From Gemmatimonadaceae bacterium (lineage in GTDB: Bacteria > Gemmatimonadota > Gemmatimonadetes > Gemmatimonadales > Gemmatimonadaceae): a stretch of 64,000 nucleotides of DNA. The stretch is taken from NCBI GenBank assembly GCA_045803545.1, contig JBJMOW010000005.1:224001-288000 (forward strand). Reading direction: 5' to 3'. The notes beneath the pieces are model-generated. The model saw nothing but the letters and a program-made list of their open reading frames with translations, was not told the DNA's origin and did no database searches. This document shows, one piece after another, positions 26,828 through 34,873 of this stretch (position 1 is its first letter; every line of letters starts with the position of its first letter). Position numbers and translations under genes: made by a program.

Positions 26828-27826
26828 TCAGGCGACGTCAGACTTCAGAGCGATCTCGCCGACGCACTCCCCGCGCGTGTTCTTCACCGGCTTGTGCATC
26901 CACTCGTGCAGACGCGGCGGCAGTGGAGCGGGAAGCTCGTCGATCTCCTGCAGCAAACGAAGAAGCGCAGGCACCTGTGCGCGCTGCCCTCCATCTTCGA
27001 CCTTGAGTGCGACTCCGATTCCGCGGGCCGGAATCAACGCGCAATGCACTCCCTCCGCGCCGACTTTGGAGATTACACGGCCCTTGGTCTCCGCGATCAG
27101 CGCGGTGTCGAATCGATCGGTGCCGCCGACGAGGAATGGGTTCTTGCTCATGGCGTTGATGATCCGCTGCGGAACCTCCTCGCCTCGTGCGGCAGCGACG
27201 GCAAAGCGTGAGTAGGCGCGCGCCATCCGCTCGAGGGTCATCCCGAAAACCACGACGCCGCAGCCATCGACGGCTTGCACAATTTTCCCGCACGCGACAT
27301 CGGTCCACAGCGAGATCTCGTGCAGAATGGCGCGCTGGACATTGTGGTCTCGGCGTTCGTATCCGCGCGTCGGCCACGCCTTCTTGCGCGCCAGCGCCAG
27401 CATCGCTGAATGCTTGCCCGAGCAGTTGTTGTGGATCCGCGACGGGCGACCGCCGGCATCGCGCAGGAACTTGGCGCCGCGCTGCGACGACGGATCATGC
27501 GGGCCGCAGGCGAGATCACCTTCTTCCAGTCCAAGGTCGCGCAGCATTTGCTCGACGATCGCGATGTGCTCCGGCTCTCCACCGTGCGATGCGCACGACA
27601 CGGCCAGCTGTTGATCGCCCCAGCCTAATGCGTCAAATCCGCCAGAGCTGAGAAACGGAACAACCTGGAACGGTTTGGCGCAGGAGCGCCAATACGTGAA
27701 GGCGTTGGGATCGTGGGCAGCGCCCAGCAGCTCGTCCTTCTCTCCAACGACCGCTGCGTGCACACGATGCTCTGATTCGGGGAAATCCCCGCGCAGTACT
27801 GTGATGTCGAGATCGTGCGTTCTCAT
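26828..27826 (-). CDS. Asparaginase II family (Rhizobium AnsA-like)
   Basis: RSCAKPFQ, CASHGGEPEH, NNCSGKH, DGCG, SKVGAEGV, ALKVEDG. Confidence 0.88.
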   Translation of the reverse strand: MRTHDLDITVLRGDFPESEHRVHAAVVGEKDELLGAAHDPNAFTYWRSCAKPFQVVPFLSSGGFDALGWGDQQLAVSCASHGGEPEHIAIVEQMLRDLGLEEGDLACGPHDPSSQRGAKFLRDAGGRPSRIHNNCSGKHSAMLALARKKAWPTRGYERRDHNVQRAILHEISLWTDVACGKIVQAVDGCGVVVFGMTLERMARAYSRFAVAAARGEEVPQRIINAMSKNPFLVGGTDRFDTALIAETKGRVISKVGAEGVHCALIPARGIGVALKVEDGGQRAQVPALLRLLQEIDELPAPLPPRLHEWMHKPVKNTRGECVGEIALKSDVA

Positions 27827-27856
27827 GATTGCTGCAAACAACGTCCGAGGGGCGGT

Positions 27857-28840
27857 CTAGAATAGCTTAACCCCGATCATTCCCTTTGTGTACCGTCTCG
27901 GATCGCGTCGCACGTCGACGAGGACGCTATTCAACTCGGTGACCGTTTTCACCAGCAGGTCATACAGCTGCTGGTCGGTGAAGAGTTTCTGCATGGTGCC
28001 GTTGCCGCTCGACATCACCGATACGAGGGAGTCAGCACGGTTGACGACCGTCACGAGATGCACATAAAGCGTGTCGTCGCGCAGCAATCTGGAGATCGAG
28101 CCGTTGCCGCGATTGATGGAACCGATGATAGAGTCAGCGGATGCAACGGTGCGATTCAAACTGTAATAGAGCGACGGATCGTCGAGCAGGCGGCCGATGG
28201 TGCCGCGCGGATTCTCCAGTCGCGACATCAGCAGGCTGGAACGTGCGAGCGTCGAATTCAGCTGATCGTACAGAGTGCGATTGGTGAGCAGCTGGCCGAG
28301 TGTGCCCTGACCGCGATTGATCTGATCGATAGTATGCTGCAGCTGTTGGGTGACACCCGCGGCCTGAGTGATGACGCCCGACGCCTGCTGCACCACCGCC
28401 TCGTAATCGACGGCGGGCGCGATCCGCACCGTGTCGCCCTCGTGGAGTGGAGCGTACCTGGGCGTACCGGGACTGATGTCGAGGACTTTGTCGCCGAGTA
28501 GCCCCTGGGTTTTGATCTTGGCGCGCGAGTCCTGTCGCACCTGCGGCTGCAGGCTCTGATTGACCTGCAGAATGATCTTGAGATTGCGCGTGGTATCCTG
28601 GTCAACCGGCAGAAAGCGAATATCGTCGATGCTGCCGGCGAGCTGACCGGCGACGGTGACGGGGCCGCCAATGCGGAGACCGCTGACGTTGCCGACGAAC
28701 GCGACCAGATGATAGCGCTTCCCAAAAAGATTGCCCGCCTGCCCAAGCCTCAGAATGGCGAACGCGAGGATGATGATGGCGACTAAAATCAGCGCGCCCA
28801 CCTTGAGCTGGTCCCAGGTCAGATAGGAGGAGCGCTTCAT
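27857..28840 (-). CDS. mlaD: MCE/MlaD family protein
   Basis: N-terminal TM helix, MCE domain (GLRIGGPV, IKTQGLLGDK), helical C terminus. Confidence 0.88.
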   Translation of the reverse strand: MKRSSYLTWDQLKVGALILVAIIILAFAILRLGQAGNLFGKRYHLVAFVGNVSGLRIGGPVTVAGQLAGSIDDIRFLPVDQDTTRNLKIILQVNQSLQPQVRQDSRAKIKTQGLLGDKVLDISPGTPRYAPLHEGDTVRIAPAVDYEAVVQQASGVITQAAGVTQQLQHTIDQINRGQGTLGQLLTNRTLYDQLNSTLARSSLLMSRLENPRGTIGRLLDDPSLYYSLNRTVASADSIIGSINRGNGSISRLLRDDTLYVHLVTVVNRADSLVSVMSSGNGTMQKLFTDQQLYDLLVKTVTELNSVLVDVRRDPRRYTKGMIGVKLF

Positions 28841-28843
28841 TTG

Positions 28844-28907
28844 GCGGGAAGCGGGAAGCGGGAGGCGGGACGCGACCGCGGGATGAGGGATGAGGGATGA
28901 GGGATGC
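28844..28907. repeat. Two adjacent heptamer arrays, (GCGGGAN)4 and (GGGATGA)4
   Basis: GCGGGAA GCGGGAA GCGGGAG GCGGGAC ... GGGATGA x3 GGGATGC, between mlaF and mlaD. Confidence 0.88.
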
Positions 28908-28918
28908 GGTAGCGCACC

Positions 28919-29836
28919 TTAGAACCCTCCCAGGAATTCGCGGAGGTACGGATCGTCGCTGCCGGTCATTTCCTCCGGACTCCCGAAAAATCCAATACGC
29001 TTGTTGGCCAGAAGAGCAATCTTGCTCGCCATGCGGAAAGCGGATCTGATGTCGTGAGACACTACGACGCTCGTCACGCCCAGTTCGCGTTGGAGCTTGA
29101 TGATCAGATAAGTGATGGTCGCGGTAGTGAGCGGATCCAAACCGGAGGTCGGTTCGTCATAGAGCATGATCTCGGGATTGTTGGCGAGACCGCGCGCGAT
29201 GCCGACGCGTTTCTTCATTCCGCCCGACAGCTCGGACGGCAGCTGGTCCATCACGCGATCAGGCTCGAGATCGACGAACGTGAGCTTCTCGCGCACGCGC
29301 GCTTCGATCTCATCCTCGGCGAGCGCTGTATGCTCGCGCAGAGGATAAGCGACGTTTTCGTAGACACTCATCGAATCGAACAGTGCTGCTCCCTGGAAGA
29401 CCATTCCCATCTTTTGGCGCACTTTGAGGGCGTCGTCAAAGGTAAGGTGCGTAATTTCTTCGCCGTCGATAGATACCCGGCCTTGATCGGGCACCAATAA
29501 TCTGAGAATCAACTTGAGAATCGTCGACTTCCCGGTGCCCGATTCCCCGACGACGACGATGGTCTCCCCTTCCCGGGCGTCGAAAGAGACGTCCTCCAGA
29601 ATCGGTTCCTCGAACGCCAGGTAGATGTTCTCGAGTCCGATGACCGTTTGCGACGCGGCGCGCTCCCGCGTAGCGCGATGCTCGGTTTGCTCGGCGACTT
29701 CTTCCAGCTCGCTGCGGATGGCCGCGCGAACACGCCCTGAGTCGTGGGCTCGGCGGGGCATCGCCGTCTCATCCTTCTCACTCGGATGACGGCGCTCGGC
29801 CTGCTGGCGGCGACGGTCTTCGGTGTCGTCGGTCAC
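28919..29836 (-). CDS. mlaF: ABC ATPase, MlaF-like
   Basis: GESGTGKS, FQGAALFDS, LSGGMKKR, YDEPTSGLDP. Confidence 0.9.
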   Translation of the reverse strand: MTDDTEDRRRQQAERRHPSEKDETAMPRRAHDSGRVRAAIRSELEEVAEQTEHRATRERAASQTVIGLENIYLAFEEPILEDVSFDAREGETIVVVGESGTGKSTILKLILRLLVPDQGRVSIDGEEITHLTFDDALKVRQKMGMVFQGAALFDSMSVYENVAYPLREHTALAEDEIEARVREKLTFVDLEPDRVMDQLPSELSGGMKKRVGIARGLANNPEIMLYDEPTSGLDPLTTATITYLIIKLQRELGVTSVVVSHDIRSAFRMASKIALLANKRIGFFGSPEEMTGSDDPYLREFLGGF

Positions 29837-30639
29837 TGCTGGAAGATCGCGAGAACGATTTGGGTGAGGAAATAGTCGGTGACGAGAATCAGGATGCTTG
29901 CCGTCACCACCGTCCGGGTAGTGGAGACACCAACGCCTTCGGTGCCGCCCGTCGTCTTCAATCCATAATAGCAGGCGACCAGGGAGATGATGCCGCCGAA
30001 CACGAACGGCTTGAGCAGCCCTTGAACGAAATCGTTGGGGATGAACCGAAGCGTGAAGCCGCCGTTAAGTATCTGTTCGAAAACCGTTTTCCAGTACAGG
30101 CCCGATGGCTTTCCGAGATAGACAGTTGCGATGACGTTGTCGCCGAGGATGCCGATGAAATCGTTGATTACGGTGAGCACCGGCAGCATGATCAGCGAGG
30201 CAAGCACGCGCGGCGTCACCAGCTTCTTGATTGGATCGGTTCCAAGAGTGTTGAGTGCGTCGATCTGCTCGGTGACGCGCATCGAACCGAGCTGGGCGGC
30301 GATTCCGGATCCGACACGGCCTGCGACCATCAGCCCGGCGAGGACAGGGCCGAGCTCGCGAATCATCGACCCCGAGATGAGCGCCCCGATATAGTCGGTG
30401 GCGCCAAAGGTTTTGAGCTGCACCGAGGACTGGAGGGCGAGCACCATACCTGTGAAAAAGCCGGTTAAAAGGACGATTCCAAGCGAGCCAACGCCAATCG
30501 CGTCCATCTGTTGTACCGTGTCGGAAGCATAGAACGGCTTTACGAAAATGAAGCCGACTGCCTTTCCGGCGAGCACAAAGAATTCCTGGAGCGAATAGAC
30601 GGAGCGTTTGGCTACGTCGTTGAATCGTTCTAGTATCAA
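29833..30639 (-). CDS. mlaE: ABC permease, MlaE-like
   Basis: RELGPVLAGLMVAGRVGS, GSMRVTEQIDAL, GGTEGVG. Start uncertain (TTG 30639 or 30678). Confidence 0.9.
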   Translation of the reverse strand: MILERFNDVAKRSVYSLQEFFVLAGKAVGFIFVKPFYASDTVQQMDAIGVGSLGIVLLTGFFTGMVLALQSSVQLKTFGATDYIGALISGSMIRELGPVLAGLMVAGRVGSGIAAQLGSMRVTEQIDALNTLGTDPIKKLVTPRVLASLIMLPVLTVINDFIGILGDNVIATVYLGKPSGLYWKTVFEQILNGGFTLRFIPNDFVQGLLKPFVFGGIISLVACYYGLKTTGGTEGVGVSTTRTVVTASILILVTDYFLTQIVLAIFQQ

Positions 30640-30690
30640 AAGATGGATTGGAAGAGAGGGCGAGAGCGTAGCTCGCAAACTGTCGATTGG

Positions 30691-30705
30691 GCAAGGGGTG
30701 TGCCC
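30691..30705 (-). promoter_or_regulatory. Candidate sigma54 (-24/-12) promoter for mlaEFD
   Basis: Minus strand GGGCAC-ACCCC-TTGC, with GG-N10-GC spacing. Confidence 0.45.
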
Positions 30706-30767
30706 TCCCCTGTTCGCAATTCGGCCTTAGTTTGCTCTTGGTGGTTGCCTGTTGCTCCGATTGAGTT

Positions 30768-30911
30768 AGTCCGAGGTGCGAGCTAAGTCCGAGGTGCGAG
30801 CTAAGTCCGAATTGCGAGCCGCCTTCGAGATGCGAGCCCGCCAATGATAGCTTTTGGTTAGTTCGGACCTCGCAGCGGGTTCGTAACTCGGGCTTAGCTC
30901 GCAACTCGGAT
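30768..30911. repeat. 18-bp tandem repeat plus inverted copy (element D)
   Basis: AGTCCGAGGTGCGAGCTA x2 plus a degenerate third unit; inverted partner CTCGGGCTTAGCTCGCAACTCGGAT at 30887-30911. Confidence 0.8.
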
Positions 30912-30941
30912 TCACTATCCGATCGAGGTCACCTTACGACG

Positions 30942-31958
30942 ATGATTGAAACAATTTCCCGCGATAGGCTCATCGATCTTCTCGAGGCCGGCGCCGACAA
31001 GCGAATTGCGATTGTTGGCGACGCGATGCTCGACGTGTACTTGCGCGGGGATGTGGATCGGATTTCGCCGGAAGCGCCGGTTCCGGTAGTAAGGGTGAGA
31101 GATCGCGAGCTGGCGCTCGGCGGCGCGGCTAACGTCGCGCAGAACATCGATGCCATTGGCGCACGCGCTGATCTCGTCTGCGCTGTCGGCGACGATGCGG
31201 AAGGCCAGGTGGTCAAGCAGATGCTGCGCGGGATTCGGTCTGAGGCGAGGTCGGTCGTCACGGTTGCCCGTCGCACCACGACCAAGACCCGCGTGCTTGC
31301 GCGATCCCAGCAAGTCGTGCGGTTCGATGAAGAAGAAGACGTCGACATCGAAGGCGACGAGATGGTGTCGCTGGCGAGAGCTGCGCTCGATGCCGTTGCA
31401 CAGGCTGACGCGCTCGTGCTCGAGGATTACAACAAGGGAGTACTGACGCCTGCGCTGATCGGACAGGTGATGCAGGACGCGAGCGCGAAAGAGATTCCCA
31501 TCGTCGTCGACCCCAAGTACAAAAACTTTTTCTCCTATAAAGGCGCGACGATCTTCAAACCGAATCGCCGCGAACTGGAATCGGCGCTCGGCGCAGCAGT
31601 CGACATCGAGCATCCTGAAGCGCTCCCCGAGTCAATCAAGCGATTGGGCGTCGAGAATCTGCTGCTTACCCTCGGCGACGCCGGGATGGCGCTGATCGAT
31701 GCTACTGGTGAAGTGGGTCGCGTGCCGACGACGGCGCGCGAGGTTTACGACGTCGTCGGCGCTGGCGACACAGTGACCGCGTACCTGGCGACGATGCTCG
31801 CCGCCGGCGCGACGCCCGCCGAGGCAGCGGTGATCGCCAATTTCGCCGCGGGCGTAGAGGTTGCGAAGCTGGGCGCTGCCACCGTCAGCATCGACGAAGT
31901 GATCGAAGCTTACGATCAGTTTACCGGCACTGGCGCAGCGGAAGCACCAACCGCTTAG
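30942..31958 (+). CDS. rfaE1: D-glycero-beta-D-manno-heptose-7-phosphate kinase (RfaE domain I/HldA)
   Basis: VGDAMLDVY, RISPEAPVPVV, GGAANVA, DYNKG, KPNRRE, DVVGAGDTV. Confidence 0.92.
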   Translation: MIETISRDRLIDLLEAGADKRIAIVGDAMLDVYLRGDVDRISPEAPVPVVRVRDRELALGGAANVAQNIDAIGARADLVCAVGDDAEGQVVKQMLRGIRSEARSVVTVARRTTTKTRVLARSQQVVRFDEEEDVDIEGDEMVSLARAALDAVAQADALVLEDYNKGVLTPALIGQVMQDASAKEIPIVVDPKYKNFFSYKGATIFKPNRRELESALGAAVDIEHPEALPESIKRLGVENLLLTLGDAGMALIDATGEVGRVPTTAREVYDVVGAGDTVTAYLATMLAAGATPAEAAVIANFAAGVEVAKLGAATVSIDEVIEAYDQFTGTGAAEAPTA

Positions 31959-33002
31959 TTGATTCAACGCAACGGAGCAGTTTTGTACGTAATAAGGAAC
32001 GCATTCATCGGCGCGTGCGTGCTCGCATCCGTCGTTCACATTGATGCAATCGCTCAGGACTCGCTGCCGATTCAGGGCGACCGGCCTGATGTCGATGCGG
32101 CCGTCATCACCAACGGGATCGAGCTGAGCCCGGATCGAGACTCGGTGATCAGAGCGCCGGCTCCGGCGTGTCCGTTGACTAGCAGCCAGTTGGCAGCAGT
32201 ACGCACCGGAGTTGGATCGGCATTTGTCGGCGGCAACGCTTATCTATATCACTACTTCAAGAAGGCCTGGTGGTCGGGCACGCGCGCCAAACATTTCTTC
32301 TTCCACGCCGACTGGGATCAGCAATTTCGCGATCAGGACAAGTTCGGCCATATGTTCGGCGGCTATCATCTCGCGCGGATCGGTTATTCCGCGCTCAGAG
32401 AGGCCTGTGTGAGCGACAGGAAAGCTCTGTTCTGGGCAACCGCCTATGCTGCCGCATTTCAGCTGCAGATCGAGATTTTCGACGGACAGTTTCAGAAATA
32501 CGGTTTCTCGTACGCGGACATGATCGCCAACACCACGGGACAGGCGCTCTTTGTGATGCAGACACTGCATCCGGCGCTCAAGGCGATCAAGCCGACGTTT
32601 TCATATCACAAGACGCTGGCGCTCCGGAACACCGAGAACGGGGTGATTCAGTCGGAGCTCCGTCCATCTCTCGACTACGGTGGGCAGACGTATTGGTTTT
32701 CCGCCGATGTCAATCAACTCCTGCCGGATGCGGCGAAACCTTACTGGCCCTCGTTTATTCGCTTGTCGGTTGGTCACTCCGTGACGGACTGGATTGATCC
32801 GAACCCGATCGTGCCGCCCGGACCGGCGCCATCATTTCGCGCGAAACGCAAGATTCTCCTGTCACTCGACTTCGACCCGGAGAAGCTTCCCGGCAACGCA
32901 CCAATCTGGCGGACGATCAAGCACACCCTCAGCTATTACCATTTTCCGGCGCCGGCGCTGGAGTTGACGCCCAGGCTGCACGCCACGCCGTGGTACCGGT
33001 AG
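31959..33002 (+). CDS. YfiM/DUF2279-like outer-membrane protein
   Basis: AWW, QDKFGH, IEIFDG, GFSYADMIANTTG, DYGGQTYWFS. Confidence 0.75.
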   Translation: MIQRNGAVLYVIRNAFIGACVLASVVHIDAIAQDSLPIQGDRPDVDAAVITNGIELSPDRDSVIRAPAPACPLTSSQLAAVRTGVGSAFVGGNAYLYHYFKKAWWSGTRAKHFFFHADWDQQFRDQDKFGHMFGGYHLARIGYSALREACVSDRKALFWATAYAAAFQLQIEIFDGQFQKYGFSYADMIANTTGQALFVMQTLHPALKAIKPTFSYHKTLALRNTENGVIQSELRPSLDYGGQTYWFSADVNQLLPDAAKPYWPSFIRLSVGHSVTDWIDPNPIVPPGPAPSFRAKRKILLSLDFDPEKLPGNAPIWRTIKHTLSYYHFPAPALELTPRLHATPWYR

Positions 33003-34579
33003 CGGGAGGCGGGAGGCGGGAGGCGGGAGGCGTAACTGCCTCGCATCTCTCGCTGATCATAGCATTTTTCGCTTTCGCCGCTGCATCGCCGATAGGTGCG
33101 CAAGCGTCTGCCTACGTGCCGCTCGACGACATCGCGTACACCTACATCGACGTGCTGATGGCGCGAGGGCAATTGAGCCAGCTATCCGTCCTCGAACGGC
33201 CGTTCACCCAGGCGGCGATTCGCGACGCGATCGATTCCGCGAGAATGAACACCGGGACGAGCGAAATGATGCGCTCGTATCTCGACGGGCTTTGGTACGC
33301 AGTCGAGAAATACGCCGTGCGCCCGCGTGTGTCTGACACGGCCCAGGCAAAAATATTCCGCGCTCGTTTCACCAACGATTTTTACGTCACCGGGCAGACC
33401 TCCGGACGACGGGAGCTGATGCTTGCTGATTTGAGGAATGATGTCCGGCCAGGAGGAGCGATTCGCCTCGTGATGGCCGGAGGCCCGGTGGTCGGATTTA
33501 CCCGTGTGCTCATCGATTCCCGACTCAATGTCGACCCCGAATTCGCCGGCAGAAAAGACAGGAAGGTCGCGGCGCGGACCGAAGATGGGTACGTCGGCGG
33601 CCAGTGGACGTACGGCCAACTTTCGTTCGGCCGTGTCGGCAGAAACTGGGGACCGCCCACGCAATACGGCCTGCAGCTCGGTAATTACGCGTACACCTAC
33701 GATCATCTCTACGGATTGATCGGCAACGACAAGATTCATTGGTCCGCTGTCATCGCCCGGCTCGACGACATCCTGCCGCCAACGGGGCCGGCGATCGAGA
33801 GGTATTTCACGGCGCACCGCCTCACCGTCCATCTTGGCCAATGGGAGCTCGCGGGAACCGAGAGCTATGTGTACGGTGGAGTCGGACGAGGGTTCGAGCC
33901 CGCGCTTGCCAACCCGTTCAACATCTACGCACTTTCGTGGCGCAACGAACAGAAGGAGGGCAACCTTGGCCTCGGCGGCGAGATCGCTGTCCGCACCGCT
34001 CGATTCGGCACGTTGGCCGGCCAGCTCTTCATCGATGATTTCCAGATCGACAGAAGCTGCAACCCTGCGTGCAAGCAACCGTCATCGTACGGCATGACGT
34101 TGACCGCTGAAGGTCTGCCACTCCGCGGAGATCAACGCTGGTTTGCGTCGTACACGCGAGTTTCAAACCTCGCGTACAACAACAAGAACCCTGACGAGCA
34201 CTACGAGGTTTTCGGGCTCTCGCTCGGTCGTGGCTTCAACGATTACGATGAAGCGAGACTGGGATTGGATCTCGCGCTGGTGGCGCGGATGCCGTTCAAG
34301 ATGTACGTAGCGCATCGCCGGCAGGGCGAGGGTGACTACCATCTGCCCTTCCCCGATCCAGCAGCCTACGCAACTACTCCCGGGATTTTTAGTGGAGTTG
34401 TCATGCGTGTGACCAGAGCGGGAGTGAGCGGCGCCTCGCACTGGCGCGATTGGGAGCTCTCGGGCGATTTGGGTGTGAACCACACCACCAACTACTTGCA
34501 CGTAGTCGGGGAAACGCGAACCGGATTCGAGGGGCGTGTGAAGATTGCGATCGAGCCGCGGTGGAGTGTTTCGTTCTAG
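32990..34579 (+). CDS. Wzi-like (capsule assembly) outer-membrane beta-barrel, paralog 1
   Basis: Signal peptide ending AQA, FGRVGRNWGP, AHRL, GQLFIDD, terminal Phe (WSVSF). Confidence 0.65.
   Translation: MVPVAGGGRREAGGVTASHLSLIIAFFAFAAASPIGAQASAYVPLDDIAYTYIDVLMARGQLSQLSVLERPFTQAAIRDAIDSARMNTGTSEMMRSYLDGLWYAVEKYAVRPRVSDTAQAKIFRARFTNDFYVTGQTSGRRELMLADLRNDVRPGGAIRLVMAGGPVVGFTRVLIDSRLNVDPEFAGRKDRKVAARTEDGYVGGQWTYGQLSFGRVGRNWGPPTQYGLQLGNYAYTYDHLYGLIGNDKIHWSAVIARLDDILPPTGPAIERYFTAHRLTVHLGQWELAGTESYVYGGVGRGFEPALANPFNIYALSWRNEQKEGNLGLGGEIAVRTARFGTLAGQLFIDDFQIDRSCNPACKQPSSYGMTLTAEGLPLRGDQRWFASYTRVSNLAYNNKNPDEHYEVFGLSLGRGFNDYDEARLGLDLALVARMPFKMYVAHRRQGEGDYHLPFPDPAAYATTPGIFSGVVMRVTRAGVSGASHWRDWELSGDLGVNHTTNYLHVVGETRTGFEGRVKIAIEPRWSVSF
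33002..33032. repeat. (GCGGGAG)4 heptamer array
   Basis: Four perfect units followed by GCG. Confidence 0.9.
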
Positions 34580-34605
34580 CCGTACAGTCCGTACTTTCGT
34601 AGCCA

Positions 34606-34679
34606 GGGCCCTTAGCTCAGTCGGTTAGAGCAGCGGACTCATAATCCGACGGTCGCAGGTTCGAGTCCTGCAGGGCCCA
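34606..34679 (+). tRNA. tRNA-Ile2 (CAT anticodon, lysidine type); tRNA-Met not fully excluded
   Basis: Cloverleaf GGGCCCT...AGGGCCC-A, loop CTCATAA, T-arm GGTTCGAGT; resembles ileX-type tRNA; CCA not encoded. Confidence 0.85.
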
Positions 34680-34729
34680 TGTTCCCTACCGCTAAAGCGG
34701 TTTGCGATATAAAGTTATGTTTGCTTTTT

Positions 34730-34760
34730 GGCTCCCGGCTTTCCGGTGCGGGAGCCTTTT
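34730..34760 (+). terminator. Terminator-like hairpin between the two tRNAs
   Basis: GGCTCCCG...CGGGAGCC followed by TTTT. Confidence 0.5.
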
Positions 34761-34765
34761 CGTCT

Positions 34766-34839
34766 GGTCGCGTAGCTCAGCTGGTTAGAGCGCTGCTTTC
34801 ACACAGCAGAGGTCCGGGGTTCGAGTCCCTGCGCGACCA
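34766..34839 (+). tRNA. tRNA-Val (CAC)
   Basis: GGTCGCG...CGCGACC-A acceptor stem; anticodon arm CTGCT-TTCACAC-AGCAG. Confidence 0.93.
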
Positions 34840-34873
34840 TTTTTATCCGCGTCACTCACCTTCTACAATCGGA

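Noticed and set aside
30768..30820. Direct repeats (also 4286-4345 and 23884-23943) as a CRISPR array
   Set aside because: Units are adjacent with no unique spacers, there are only 2-3 copies, and no cas genes are present
30065..30904. 279-aa minus-strand ORF with GLSSHL repeats
   Set aside because: Out-of-frame overlap with mlaE; the repeats come from the 18-bp DNA tandem
34679..34873. N-terminal extension of the 925-aa SLBB ORF
   Set aside because: Overlaps tRNA-Val; the signal peptide begins at ATG 34874
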